A stretch of 64,000 bases of DNA from an uncultured Gammaproteobacteria bacterium (GCA_964364105.1 CAYILI010000001.1:14465-78464), one strand, 5' to 3'; shown: positions 1 to 10,170, counted from the first letter of the stretch. Made by a program: numbers and translations. Notes: generated from the sequence alone by a model not told the origin.

Positions 1-792
1 GTTATTAAGTAATCCAATAACAGCAAGCGACGCTCCAAGAGACATCGAACCTACATCTCCCAGCCAGATTCTAGCTTTATAAATATTAAAGTATAAAAAT
101 GCAGCGACACTTCCAATAAGAATCGCGATAAATATTGCGAGAGTTGAATCAAGTGCGGTTGAAGAGATTGCTAAAAATGCACCAAGACAAATTAACAGTA
201 AGCCTGGAGCAAGGCCATCTAAACCATCTGCTATGTTAAATGCATTTACAAAAGAAACAATTGCAAACATTGAGAGGAAAATATAGAAAATTCCTAAATC
301 TAAAGTTCCGATTCCAGTAATAAAAATTGACTGATACCCTAGCGGGAAATAAAGAATTAGAGAAATTAATAATGCTAGCCCCCATTGAATTAAAAACTTA
401 TGGCGAAATCTAAGGCCGAAAAAAGCATGTTTCGTAGAATTATTTACAAGCTTTTTTAAATCATCATAAAGACCAAGTATTCCAAAGCTTATAAATGAAA
501 AGAGAAGTGCTACCACTTCCCAGATCTTTATGTCTACGCTAAAAATCCCATAACTCCAAAGAGAGAGAACTGTAACTACCCCAATAATTAAAGCGCCCCC
601 TCCAAAGGGGGTTCCAACTTTCCACTTATTAGACTTATCAAAAAAGGGCGTAGGTTTATTAAAAATATCCATCGTCTTCTGATTTTGACGTCTAAGTTTT
701 ATTTTATAGAGAAAATCTATGAAGGGAATTATGAGAATTCCGGTCGCGACAGTAGACAAGAGCATAAGTCCCAACAGTTTTGCTAAATCCAT
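1..792 (-). CDS. mraY: Phospho-N-acetylmuramoyl-pentapeptide transferase MraY. Partial: the ATG is at 792 and the C-terminus lies beyond the window start.
   Basis: My own translation of the reverse strand from 792 gives MDLAKLLGL..., with KVGTPFGGG (the K.GTPTMGG motif), GLYDDLKK and NAFNIADGLDGLA (the NA.N.TDGLDGL motif of MraY/WecA). The frame is open to position 1. It is missing from the ORF track because it is truncated. Confidence 0.85.
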   Translation of the reverse strand, partial: MDLAKLLGLMLLSTVATGILIIPFIDFLYKIKLRRQNQKTMDIFNKPTPFFDKSNKWKVGTPFGGGALIIGVVTVLSLWSYGIFSVDIKIWEVVALLFSFISFGILGLYDDLKKLVNNSTKHAFFGLRFRHKFLIQWGLALLISLILYFPLGYQSIFITGIGTLDLGIFYIFLSMFAIVSFVNAFNIADGLDGLAPGLLLICLGAFLAISSTALDSTLAIFIAILIGSVAAFLYFNIYKARIWLGDVGSMSLGASLAVIGLLNN

Positions 793-842
793 AGGATATA
801 ATTATATCTTTTGATACACTTTTATTCAAATTTTTGGAGTTT

Positions 843-1583
843 TTATGAATTAACTTTTTGGTAGAGCTTTTCAGCTTCAAGTAACTCTTCAGGGGTGTTT
901 ACACCTCTCCAAGCCATAAATCCGCCTTTTACAGCCTCACACCTCTCATTGTTTTTTTGCGCAAGCTCAATAAGACTAACCAAATAATATTCCCCCGTTA
1001 CTGGACTTTTCTCTACAATTGGCAAATACTTTCTAAGAAATGAGACACTAAAAATATAACATGCGGGATTTATTTCTTTAATTTCTTTTTCTATCTCTGT
1101 CGCATCTTTTTCTTCAACAATTTTTAATACATTTCCGTTTTCATCTCTAACGACTCTCCCAAGCCCGGTTGAGTTTGATAATTCAACCGTCAAAAAAGTT
1201 AATGCATTTCCATTGGTAAGATGCACGTCTATCATTTTTCTAAGAGCTTCTTCTTTATAAAATGCTGAATCATCCCCTTGAATAACCAAAATGTTTTCAA
1301 TACCTTCTGGCAACTCGGTAATTGCAGTTTGAACTGCATGCGCAGTCCCAAGTCTTTCTAGCTGTTCAGCATAAATTACATTTTTCGTTACGGCTTTCAT
1401 CACTGATTCTTTTGCAAAACCTACTACAATAACAACCGGATCAACATTTAAACGCTCGAGAAGTTCTAGCGCATGAACAATCATAGGTTTACCGGCAAGA
1501 GGAAGAGCTACTTTATTTACAGTAGTTGAGTTCATCCTCTTTCCTTTGCCCGCAGCCAAAATTACTCCGCCTACGTTATTCAT
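843..1583 (-). CDS. Sugar-1-phosphate nucleotidyltransferase (GlmU N-terminal-domain-like, 246 aa)
   Basis: N-terminal GGVILAAGKGKRM signature of sugar nucleotidyltransferases. Only the NTase domain is present. Overlaps murA by 8 nt. Confidence 0.6.
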   Translation of the reverse strand: MNNVGGVILAAGKGKRMNSTTVNKVALPLAGKPMIVHALELLERLNVDPVVIVVGFAKESVMKAVTKNVIYAEQLERLGTAHAVQTAITELPEGIENILVIQGDDSAFYKEEALRKMIDVHLTNGNALTFLTVELSNSTGLGRVVRDENGNVLKIVEEKDATEIEKEIKEINPACYIFSVSFLRKYLPIVEKSPVTGEYYLVSLIELAQKNNERCEAVKGGFMAWRGVNTPEELLEAEKLYQKVNS

Positions 1584-2907
1584 TTTCGCGAGTTACAGAT
1601 GCTCCCAGACTATTAAGTCTATCTTCAAATTTTTCATAACCTCTATCTAAATGGTGGACTTCTAAAATAACACTTTCCCCTTCTGCCGCAAGCGCAGCTA
1701 AAACTAAAGTGGCTCCTGCTCTAAGATCAGTTATTGAGACAACAGCGTTATGCAAGCCTACTGGTCCCGTTATTTTTGCTGCGTGCTTATTATCTTTCTT
1801 ATCATCCTCAATATTAAAATTGTAAAACTCTTCCGGATTTTCTACTTCTGGATTAAATAATTCTATGTCTGCTCCCATTTTTTTAAGCTCTCTAACATAA
1901 CTAAACCTACTTTCATAAATTCTCTCATGAATTATAGACTCTCCTTTTGCCTGAGTCATAAGAACTGCCCAAGGCGCCTGCCAATCAGTCATAAATCCTG
2001 GATAAACCCATGTCTCAATATTTGTAGCTCTAATTTCTCCTTTATAGAAAAATCTTATTCCATTATCTTTTATCTCAACTCCCCCGCCAATCTCATCAAG
2101 TTTTTTTACAAACTCCAAGATGTCAGTTTTCTTTATGTTTTCAATAAAAATATCCCCTTTTGTGATAATTGCTGCAATAGCCAGAGTCACTGCCTCATTT
2201 CTGTCGGGACCTATTTCAAAAGTCGCTCCATTCAATTTTTCTACTCCTGTAATTTCAATTGTTCTTTTATCCCTTTTTATAATTTGAGCTCCCATCTTAC
2301 TTAAGAAAGAAATTAATTCATCGATTTCTGGTTCTTCTGCTGCATTTCTTAAAGTCGTTACACCCTTTGCTAGAACTGCGGCCATGAGTAAAGTTTCTGT
2401 TCCTGTGTGTGTGCTTTTTTTAAATGTATAATCTGCGCCTGTTAGACCATTTGGGGCTTTCATGTAAAAGTATCCATCAGAACTTCTATATTCGATGTCA
2501 ACTCCCATAGCAGTTAACCCTTCAATAGTTCTGTCAATTGGTCTTGCGCCAATTCGGCATCCTCCTGGATTTGGAATTACTGCCTCTCCCATTCTTGCAA
2601 GAAGAGGAGACATAAAAAGAGCTGAAGTTCGAATTTCAGCACTATTCTCTAAATCTATTTTTGTTTTTGAAAAATTTGATAAATTAACAATGAGCCTGTG
2701 ATCATCTTTTTTTACTCTCCCCCCTAGTTCTTCAATAATATCCACCATCGTGAATAAATCTGAAATCAGTGGTACATTTTCGATTACTATTTCCTCATTT
2801 GTTAAACATGCAGCAACTAGCGCCTTTAAAGCAACATTTTTTGCCCCGCTTACCTGAGTTACACCAGAAAGCGCTTTTCCTCCTGTAATTATAAATTTAT
2901 CATCCAT
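1576..2907 (-). CDS. murA: UDP-N-acetylglucosamine 1-carboxyvinyltransferase
   Basis: GGKALSGVTQVSGAKNVALKAL N-terminus and the active-site Cys loop NPGGCRIGARPID are typical of MurA. 443 aa. Confidence 0.9.
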   Translation of the reverse strand: MDDKFIITGGKALSGVTQVSGAKNVALKALVAACLTNEEIVIENVPLISDLFTMVDIIEELGGRVKKDDHRLIVNLSNFSKTKIDLENSAEIRTSALFMSPLLARMGEAVIPNPGGCRIGARPIDRTIEGLTAMGVDIEYRSSDGYFYMKAPNGLTGADYTFKKSTHTGTETLLMAAVLAKGVTTLRNAAEEPEIDELISFLSKMGAQIIKRDKRTIEITGVEKLNGATFEIGPDRNEAVTLAIAAIITKGDIFIENIKKTDILEFVKKLDEIGGGVEIKDNGIRFFYKGEIRATNIETWVYPGFMTDWQAPWAVLMTQAKGESIIHERIYESRFSYVRELKKMGADIELFNPEVENPEEFYNFNIEDDKKDNKHAAKITGPVGLHNAVVSITDLRAGATLVLAALAAEGESVILEVHHLDRGYEKFEDRLNSLGASVTRENE

Positions 2908-4324
2908 TTAAAATTTCCTTTCCAATTTTATATACGTCTCCTGCTCCCATTGTAATTATAATAGTATTCTTATCAAATTTTTGGGAAGTCACGTATTTTA
3001 CCACATCATGAATGGTTGGGAAATAAAATGCATCTTTGCCGAATTTTTTAACTTCCTCAACTAGTAAACTTGAAGAAAAATTTTCATCGATTTTTTCTCT
3101 AAATGATGGAAATATTTCTGAGATTAAAACTTGGTCTGCGTCAGAAAATGAAGAAGCAAACTCTCTAAAAAGAGCTTTTGTACGTGAATACATATGCGGC
3201 TGAAAAATAGGAATTATCTTGTGCTTAGGATATGCTTTCCTAAATGCTAAAAGCGTACATTTAATTTCTACTGGATGATGCGCATAATCATCATATAGAA
3301 GACCGCCTGATGAAAGATTTCCCACAAACTCAGATCGTCTCTTTGTTCCTTTGAAGTGACTCAATCCATTTTTTATTTGCTCAATTGTAAGCCCTGCTTC
3401 AATTCCTGCGACAATTGCACCAAGTCCGTTTATTGCATTCTGTTCTCCGAAAACATTCATTGAGAATTGTCCCAGAGAGGCGTTGTGAGACTTTACCCAA
3501 AAAAACATTTTATCTTCACTAAAATTTGCTCGCTCTAAAACATAATCATTATCAGGGGACTGTCCATATGTAATTTTTCTAACGCTTACTCTTTTTAGAA
3601 AATCTCTATTTTCCGCTCCATCACCACAAGCAATTAGAACTCCGCCTGGGGTAATTTTTTTTGTAAAATCTATAAAAACTTTTTTTATTTCTTCTAAATC
3701 AGAGTAGATGTCTGGATGATCAAAATCAATATTTGTAACTACTAAGATTTCAGGATTCTGATATAAAAATTTTGGCACTTTGTCATCTGTTACATCAGCA
3801 AAATATTCATCAGACTCAGTTATAAAATATTCACCTTTTCCGTAATGCCCTGAAGAACCAAGTGACGGAATATCAGAGGTGCCAATTACGTAAGAAGGTT
3901 TTAGTCCTGCGTTTTCAAATACAGTTGCGATCATTGCAGATGTAGTTGTCTTCCCATGAGAACCTGCGACCGATACGCCTTTTAATTTCTTTCCGAAAAC
4001 TTCTCCTTTTTGAAAAGCGCCAAGCGCTTGGCCTTGATTTAAAACTGGAATTTCAAGCTCCTGAGCTTTTAAAACTTCAAGGTTTTCTGACCCCCCGTGT
4101 GCAGCAGTAGCAATTACTAAATCAACATTTTCAACATTTAATGTATTAAACTCTACAATTTTTTCGATTCCAGCTTTTTTTAATTCTCTGTCAGTAATAA
4201 AAACATCTGCTACATCTGAACCAGTAACTTGAAACCCTGCTTCTTTAGCGATTATCGCAAGAGGCGTCATGCCAACCCCTTTTATTCCCGTAAAATGTAT
4301 TTTCTTAATTTTCTTATAGTCCAT
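2900..4324 (-). CDS. murC: UDP-N-acetylmuramate--L-alanine ligase
   Basis: IHFTGIKGVGMTPLAIIAKEAGFQVTGSDV N-terminus, P-loop VAGSHGKTTTSAM, and the DDYAHHP motif. Confidence 0.85.
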   Translation of the reverse strand: MDYKKIKKIHFTGIKGVGMTPLAIIAKEAGFQVTGSDVADVFITDRELKKAGIEKIVEFNTLNVENVDLVIATAAHGGSENLEVLKAQELEIPVLNQGQALGAFQKGEVFGKKLKGVSVAGSHGKTTTSAMIATVFENAGLKPSYVIGTSDIPSLGSSGHYGKGEYFITESDEYFADVTDDKVPKFLYQNPEILVVTNIDFDHPDIYSDLEEIKKVFIDFTKKITPGGVLIACGDGAENRDFLKRVSVRKITYGQSPDNDYVLERANFSEDKMFFWVKSHNASLGQFSMNVFGEQNAINGLGAIVAGIEAGLTIEQIKNGLSHFKGTKRRSEFVGNLSSGGLLYDDYAHHPVEIKCTLLAFRKAYPKHKIIPIFQPHMYSRTKALFREFASSFSDADQVLISEIFPSFREKIDENFSSSLLVEEVKKFGKDAFYFPTIHDVVKYVTSQKFDKNTIIITMGAGDVYKIGKEILNG

Positions 4325-4329
4325 AAATA

Positions 4330-5517
4330 TTATTTTCTAGTTCTGATAGCCGCCTCTACCACTCCGTATTCATCCCATGGCAAATCCTTATTTCCGTATG
4401 TCATGGATTTCTCGTGTGCTTTTCCAGTTATAACCACTAAATCTCCTTTTCCGGCCATTTCAACTGCAGCATTAATAGCATCTTTTCGGTCCATTAGCTT
4501 AAACACTTTTGCATCTTTTTTCTTAATTCCGCTTGAAATCTCCTCAATAATTTTATCCACATCTTCACTTCTTGGATCTTCAGCTGTTAGAATTAAAATG
4601 TCTGCATGCTTTGAAGAAGTCTCTCCCATAAAGGGCCTTTTCGAATGATCCCGTTCTCCCGCTGAGCCGAAAACATGAATTATTCTACCTTTTGTTTGAA
4701 CGCGGAGTGAACCCAAAAGCTGATCAAAAGCATTTGGAGTATGAGCAAAGTCTATGATTACTGCAAACTCTTTATCATAAACAAAATCCACTCTTCCGAG
4801 TGGCAATTTAAAAGTTTTCATTGCATTTCTTATCTCTGCAGGATTAAGCCCTAGTGATTTGCAAACAGTTACTGCTGCCAAAACATTGTATTTATTAAAA
4901 CTTCCAATCATGACGCGTGATTCGAACGGAAAATTAATTAAATTTACATCTGCGCTTTCTGAAAACCCATAAGTTATCCAATTCTTATTCTCTTTAGTGT
5001 TCTTTGCTTCAGATAAAAGCGTATATGATCCATCATCTCTATTGACTATTGCTATCTTTGCCATTTTCAAGAGCTTTTCTTTCGCGTGAAGATAATTATC
5101 GAATGTCTTGTGATAATCTAAATGTTCGCTAGTTATATTTGTCAAAGCTCCTATCCTAAAAGGAACACCCCAGGTTCTATATTGATCTAATGCGTGCGAT
5201 GTAACTTCCAAAACAAAATACTCGGATTTAGACTGCACAGCTCGCCTTAAAAATTTCTGAAGAGCAAAAGGATTTGGAGTTGTAACATGAAACCCGGTTT
5301 CAAATTCAGTTTTACCCACAGATGCGCCAATACTTGTTAACATGGATACTTTTTTTCCGTTTGACTTTAATATGTGGTAAATAAGATTAACTGTCGTAGT
5401 TTTTCCATCAGTTCCGGTAACTCCAATTACGGTCAGCTTTCTTCCCGGAAATAGATAAATTAGGTTAGCAAAAAAGGCAACCACAAGATGATAAACGTTT
5501 TTTATTTTTTGAAACAT
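4330..5517 (-). CDS. murE: Mur ligase, MurE-like. Lacks the canonical N-terminal UDP-binding domain.
   Basis: P-loop GVTGTDGKTTT and the DFAHTPNA motif (compare D[YF]AHTPDA of MurE). Only 395 aa. Confidence 0.55.
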   Translation of the reverse strand: MFQKIKNVYHLVVAFFANLIYLFPGRKLTVIGVTGTDGKTTTVNLIYHILKSNGKKVSMLTSIGASVGKTEFETGFHVTTPNPFALQKFLRRAVQSKSEYFVLEVTSHALDQYRTWGVPFRIGALTNITSEHLDYHKTFDNYLHAKEKLLKMAKIAIVNRDDGSYTLLSEAKNTKENKNWITYGFSESADVNLINFPFESRVMIGSFNKYNVLAAVTVCKSLGLNPAEIRNAMKTFKLPLGRVDFVYDKEFAVIIDFAHTPNAFDQLLGSLRVQTKGRIIHVFGSAGERDHSKRPFMGETSSKHADILILTAEDPRSEDVDKIIEEISSGIKKKDAKVFKLMDRKDAINAAVEMAGKGDLVVITGKAHEKSMTYGNKDLPWDEYGVVEAAIRTRK

Positions 5518-5537
5518 AGTTTAATTATACAAATTAT

Positions 5538-6857
5538 CTACGCGCGGCGCTTTTTATTCCAAAAACTTCCCCGTCTTGGTAAAAATTCTTCATCAGATTT
5601 ATTTTTAAGAAGCATTTCTACGACGCGTTCAAGGAAAAGTGTATTTTGTGATCCTTTAACTAATACCAAATCTCCTTTATTTATTTCATTTACTAAAATT
5701 TCTTTTGCTTCTTTAAAAGTTTCAAACTTTTTAAATTTAAAATTATTTTTTTCTAAAATTGGAGCTACATATTCTCCAGTTAATGGTCCAATCAAAATTA
5801 CGAAATCTAAATTTTTCAAAATTACTTTTGCAAGCTCTTCATGCTGAACTCGCCCAAGCGTACCTAACTCTCTCATATCTCCTAAAATTCCTACTCTTCT
5901 GCCCGGCTTAATATCCTTTAATATTTCAATTGCGCCTTTTGCAGCAGTAAGCGAAGAGTTATATGAAGAATCAATAATAGTCGTATCCTTTATTCCTTCG
6001 AATACTGAAAATCTTCCTGGAGGAAAAGAAAAATTTTCTTCAATTAATCTTACTGCTTCATTGATACTAAACTTACAAACAAATGCAGTGGCTACTGTTT
6101 CTAAAAGAGAATATGCAAAATATTTAGGAAGAGGTTTTGGAATATTAAGACTATAACGATCTTTAAGAAATATGAAATTAACCGTGAAACTTTTTTCAGA
6201 TACTTGAATACTTGAAATATAAAAATCAGCACTCTTGTCCAAAGCAGAAATTGTTACAACTTTCGATTTCAATGGTAAAAGATCTTTTATATTACTATCA
6301 TCCAAATTAACTATCGATGTGCCATTTGAATCAATGGACTTAAGAAGTTTTCCTTCTTCTTTAGCTGTTAAATTTAATATTTGTTCGCGTCTTTTTAATT
6401 CATCCTCCTCATTTATTAGGTTATCAAAATTAAAACTATGCTCAATATCTATATTAGTTAAAAGCCCAACATTTGGAGTAACTATTGAGAGAAGATACTC
6501 CATGTTTTTTGGAGGCTTTGGACTATCAATTCCCATTTCCAAAACTAAAAACTCATATTTTTTATTATTTGTAATAATTTTTAGTGGCGCTAAAAATAAA
6601 ACCCTTAACCATTCTTTAATCGTGTAGTTGTCTACGTCAATGTCCAGTATGTTTAGGGGGATCCCTGTCTCACTATTTTTTCCTTTTCCTTCTTTTACTC
6701 TAAATTTAGATCCCAGAACTTTTCCTATCAAAAGCGCAGTCGATGTTTTTCCGCTTGCTCCTCCGATTCCAATTATTACTGGATTAATTTTTTTAAGCTG
6801 AATCTTAGCAAAGTATCTAATGTAAGAAAGATATAATTTTATTAATAAATTCTTCAT
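5538..6857 (-). CDS. Mur ligase, MurF-like
   Basis: GIGGASGKTSTA P-loop and a DSSYNSS block resembling the DDSYNANP motif of MurF. Confidence 0.5.
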   Translation of the reverse strand: MKNLLIKLYLSYIRYFAKIQLKKINPVIIGIGGASGKTSTALLIGKVLGSKFRVKEGKGKNSETGIPLNILDIDVDNYTIKEWLRVLFLAPLKIITNNKKYEFLVLEMGIDSPKPPKNMEYLLSIVTPNVGLLTNIDIEHSFNFDNLINEEDELKRREQILNLTAKEEGKLLKSIDSNGTSIVNLDDSNIKDLLPLKSKVVTISALDKSADFYISSIQVSEKSFTVNFIFLKDRYSLNIPKPLPKYFAYSLLETVATAFVCKFSINEAVRLIEENFSFPPGRFSVFEGIKDTTIIDSSYNSSLTAAKGAIEILKDIKPGRRVGILGDMRELGTLGRVQHEELAKVILKNLDFVILIGPLTGEYVAPILEKNNFKFKKFETFKEAKEILVNEINKGDLVLVKGSQNTLFLERVVEMLLKNKSDEEFLPRRGSFWNKKRRA

Positions 6858-6870
6858 AATTTAAATCAAT

Positions 6871-8553
6871 CTATTTTTCGGGAGCTATACCATAATACGT
6901 GAAAAGTCCCTGTGCAATCCCGAAAAAGACAGGAGCGGCTGTCTCTGCACCGTAGATTCTAGCAGTTGGCCTGTCTAAAATCACTAGCATAACGAATTTT
7001 GGCTCCGTTGCAGGCGCAAATCCTATAAATGACGCAATCGTTTTATTAGGATCATATTTTCCCTCTACTGGAATCGAGGCAGTTCCGGTTTTTCCAGCTA
7101 CCCTATATCCATCAATCTTTGCCCATCTAGCTTCTCCCTTATCCACTGCATTTACTAAAACTTCAGTCATAACCTTTGCAGTAGCCGGATTTATAGGTTT
7201 TCCAATTTCTTTTGGCGGAATTTTCGAAACCTGCCCATGGATATCTGTAACTGAAGAAACAATATGAGGTTCCATCATGGTGCCATTATTTGCAATTGAA
7301 GAAAAAGCTGTTAAAAGCTCAATCGGAGTAATTGAAATTCCCTGTCCAAAACCAGTAGTTGCGAGGTCTACTACATACCAATTTTCTTTTGGTTTTATTT
7401 GAGCTACTACTTCTCCTTGAAGATCTATTCCGGTTAGTTTTCCGATTCCGAACCGGTCAAGATATTTTAACATTCTATCTAGGCCCAATTTTTGTGCAGT
7501 ATAGATCATTCCTGTGTTGTCAGAATGCTGAATGACTTCAAGCATTGTCGCATTTGGGTAATACTCATCATTCCACGTGCGCAAATCATACCCTCCAACT
7601 GAAACAGGGCCCGAACAAATCGGACACTTACTCTGAGGGGTTAAAAGTTTTTCATTAAAAGCAGCGGACATAACAAGAGGCTTAAAAGTAGAACCTGGTT
7701 CATAAAGATTTGTAACAAAAGTATTTTTATATAGATCGCTTGAATATTCGCCGTATTTTGCTGGATCAAATGATGGATAGTTTGCCATTGCAATTATGGC
7801 GCCAGTTTTAGGATCCATAATTCCTACCATCCCTCCTTCTGCTCCATATCTCTCAATTCCTTCTTTAAGTTTTTTTTCTACCAAAAACTGGATTGACCTA
7901 TTTATATGAAGATTCAAACTGCTTCCATCAGTTCCAAAAGATTTTTCGTCATCTACTCGGGCTAAAATTGGCCTACCTATCGCGTCATGTATTTGAACTG
8001 CTGAGCCATTTTTTCCTTTTAGAAGCCTGTCGTAATAACCTTCAATCCCAGAATAGCCCTTACTGCTTCCATTCTCATCTTTTCCCACAAACCCAAGTAG
8101 ATTTGCGGCCATAGAAGCTTCTGGATAAAATCTTTCAAACTGTTTTTCAAATCCGAGACCTAATATTTCTTCTTTTTCTATTTGTTCCCGAATTTGTGGA
8201 TCAATTCCATGAGCAATTGGCACCCAGAAAAGATCCTGATCAAGCTGAGCACTTATTGAAGCCTCATAAATTCCCAAAGTCTGGGATAAAACTCGGGATA
8301 CCTGCGTTTTATTTTTTACTTCTTTAGGATTTGCATACAAAAGATATGAGATTTTATTTGCAGCAATTGGAAAACCGTCAGAAGTCATAATTTCCCCTCT
8401 GACTGGCTCAATTTTTAATGCCTTTCCGTATTGAATTTGCCCAAGCTCTGATAATTCTTCAGCCTTAACGACTTGCCAGTAAAAGAGACGAAGTAAAATG
8501 ACCCCGAAAATTATAGTAAAAAAAAGTAGTACTGTACGATATCTTAAAATCAT
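6871..8553 (-). CDS. ftsI: Penicillin-binding protein / peptidoglycan transpeptidase (FtsI-like)
   Basis: N-terminal TM segment, then the transpeptidase motifs STFKP (SxxK), HSDN (SxN) and KTGTA (KTG). Confidence 0.85.
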   Translation of the reverse strand: MILRYRTVLLFFTIIFGVILLRLFYWQVVKAEELSELGQIQYGKALKIEPVRGEIMTSDGFPIAANKISYLLYANPKEVKNKTQVSRVLSQTLGIYEASISAQLDQDLFWVPIAHGIDPQIREQIEKEEILGLGFEKQFERFYPEASMAANLLGFVGKDENGSSKGYSGIEGYYDRLLKGKNGSAVQIHDAIGRPILARVDDEKSFGTDGSSLNLHINRSIQFLVEKKLKEGIERYGAEGGMVGIMDPKTGAIIAMANYPSFDPAKYGEYSSDLYKNTFVTNLYEPGSTFKPLVMSAAFNEKLLTPQSKCPICSGPVSVGGYDLRTWNDEYYPNATMLEVIQHSDNTGMIYTAQKLGLDRMLKYLDRFGIGKLTGIDLQGEVVAQIKPKENWYVVDLATTGFGQGISITPIELLTAFSSIANNGTMMEPHIVSSVTDIHGQVSKIPPKEIGKPINPATAKVMTEVLVNAVDKGEARWAKIDGYRVAGKTGTASIPVEGKYDPNKTIASFIGFAPATEPKFVMLVILDRPTARIYGAETAAPVFFGIAQGLFTYYGIAPEK

Positions 8554-8834
8554 CTAAGAGATGCGATTGGCTTAGCTTTTGTAAGGGCAAAATTTGACTT
8601 ACTGTCAACAAACCCAATTCTTGCAGCCTCAGAAGCTACGTGAGTTAAGGAGCTTAAAGAATAAATTTTTTCTCTTATGATTACATTTTCTGTTCTAACT
8701 TTAACCAATTCATCCTGAGTTTTTCCTAAAGCAACTCCTTTGGTAGAAATTTTATTAGAAATTGCAGTTCTAGTTATAAAAAGTCCTACAATTACTAATA
8801 TTAAAATGGCTAAAACAAATATTGGTTTTTTCAT
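8550..8834 (-). CDS. FtsL-like small bitopic division protein
   Basis: 94 aa with a single N-terminal TM helix and a charged C-terminal segment, in the conserved position between rsmH and ftsI. Confidence 0.4.
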   Translation of the reverse strand: MKKPIFVLAILILVIVGLFITRTAISNKISTKGVALGKTQDELVKVRTENVIIREKIYSLSSLTHVASEAARIGFVDSKSNFALTKAKPIASLR

Positions 8835-9721
8835 AATTTTTGAAATATCCTAAGCTTTGCGCTTTTACTCCTGCCATTTTCCCTAACTTCTTCTTCTGTT
8901 GGTAATATCGGTTTGTCTGTTAGAATTTTACCTTTCCCGTTTTTTTCAAACTCTATAAATGCTCTTTTTACAATCCTATCTTCCAAAGAATGGAATGTAA
9001 TTATCGCTATTCTGCCATTCTCTTCAAGTAAATCTAATGCCTTAGGAAGCGCTTCTTTTAAACTTCCTAATTCGTCGTTAACTGCAATTCGGAGCGCTTG
9101 AAAAACTCTTTTTCCTGATGTTGCTCTTGCAAAATCGTTTACTGTTCTGAATCCGTAAGCTGTTGCTAATGTTAGTGTTAAATCGTCTGTTGTTTTAAAT
9201 GGCGCTATTTTTCTTCTCTTAATAATTAGGTCCGCAACTCTATTCGCATTCGTCTCTTCGCCAAAGTTTCTAAATAAATCTATGAGTTCGCTTTTACCTA
9301 AGGCATTTACTAGATCGCTTGCCGCTACAGTTAGACTCTTATCCATTCTCATGTCCAATGGTCCAGGTAAAATGTATGAGAATCCTCGCTCCGGCGTATC
9401 AATTTGGTGTGAAGAGATTCCTAAATCAAAAAGAATTCCCCATGCTTTTTCAAATCCGTAATCCTTCGCAATTATGTCAATATTCCTGAAATTTCCCTTC
9501 GCAAGTTTTAATTCTTGATTCTTGATTCTTGATTCTTGATTCTTCTTAACAAACTCAATTGCCTCTGAATCTGCATCAATTCCTAAAACCAAACCACCCT
9601 TTTCGAGTATCGCTTTAGCATGTCCGCCGCCACCAAGAGTCGCATCTATATATTTTCGACCCTTAGTAACATTCAGTGCGTTAATTCCTTCGTTTAAAAG
9701 TACAGATTTATGATATTTCAT
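8831..9721 (-). CDS. rsmH: 16S rRNA (cytosine1402-N4)-methyltransferase RsmH
   Basis: VLLNEGINAL...YIDATLGGGGHAKAIL signature. Contains an in-frame heptanucleotide repeat (KNQESRI/KNQELK). Confidence 0.9.
   Translation of the reverse strand: MKYHKSVLLNEGINALNVTKGRKYIDATLGGGGHAKAILEKGGLVLGIDADSEAIEFVKKNQESRIKNQELKLAKGNFRNIDIIAKDYGFEKAWGILFDLGISSHQIDTPERGFSYILPGPLDMRMDKSLTVAASDLVNALGKSELIDLFRNFGEETNANRVADLIIKRRKIAPFKTTDDLTLTLATAYGFRTVNDFARATSGKRVFQALRIAVNDELGSLKEALPKALDLLEENGRIAIITFHSLEDRIVKRAFIEFEKNGKGKILTDKPILPTEEEVRENGRSKSAKLRIFQKL
9521..9554. repeat. Heptanucleotide microsatellite (ATTCTTG)x4.9 inside rsmH
   Basis: Read directly: attcttgattcttgattcttgattcttgattctt. Confidence 0.9.
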
Positions 9722-10145
9722 TATTTTTTGTTAGCCTTTCAGTAATTGGTTCTATTTTTTTAATTAATTCTAAGTTGTGTGTTTCCCAACGTTTCTTATC
9801 CCAAATTTGCACATATCTAATTACCCCCAACATACTTACCTCTTCATTTAAGCTCGCATATTCCCTTAAATAGTTAGGCACTATGAATCTTCCTTTGTCA
9901 TCTAGTGAAACTTCTTCTGCACTTCCCAAGAGAAATCTTTCTATCTCTCGTGCGTTTTTATCAATAATTGGTTTTCCTCTTGTTCCTTCGAGAAGAAGTT
10001 CAAATTTACTAACCGATATAACTATCAAAGAGCCTTCGAATCCCTGAGTAACAATTAAATTGTCGCCCAGTTCACGTCTAAATTTAGCGGGTAATATAAT
10101 TCTATTTTTCTCATCAATTTTAGTATCTTGCCTGCCTATTAACAT
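9708..10145 (-). CDS. mraZ: Transcriptional regulator MraZ
   Basis: MLIGRQDTKIDEKNRIILPAKFRREL and a second DDKGRFIVPNYLR repeat give the duplicated MraZ fold. It is the first gene of the dcw block. Confidence 0.9.
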   Translation of the reverse strand: MLIGRQDTKIDEKNRIILPAKFRRELGDNLIVTQGFEGSLIVISVSKFELLLEGTRGKPIIDKNAREIERFLLGSAEEVSLDDKGRFIVPNYLREYASLNEEVSMLGVIRYVQIWDKKRWETHNLELIKKIEPITERLTKNNEIS

Positions 10146-10170
10146 ATTTTACTTCAAACCATATCATTTG

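Noticed and set aside
1927-2701. Plus-strand ORFs of 60-140 aa nested inside minus-strand genes. Examples are 1927-2304, 2495-2701, 4229-4648, 11001-11213 and 39015-39383. Several are preceded by AGGAGG-like strings.
   Set aside because: They are antisense shadows of well-supported minus-strand genes, have low-complexity or odd composition, and have no motifs. The apparent SD at about 10990 is simply the complement of Pro-Pro codons at the end of ORF 10973-11416.
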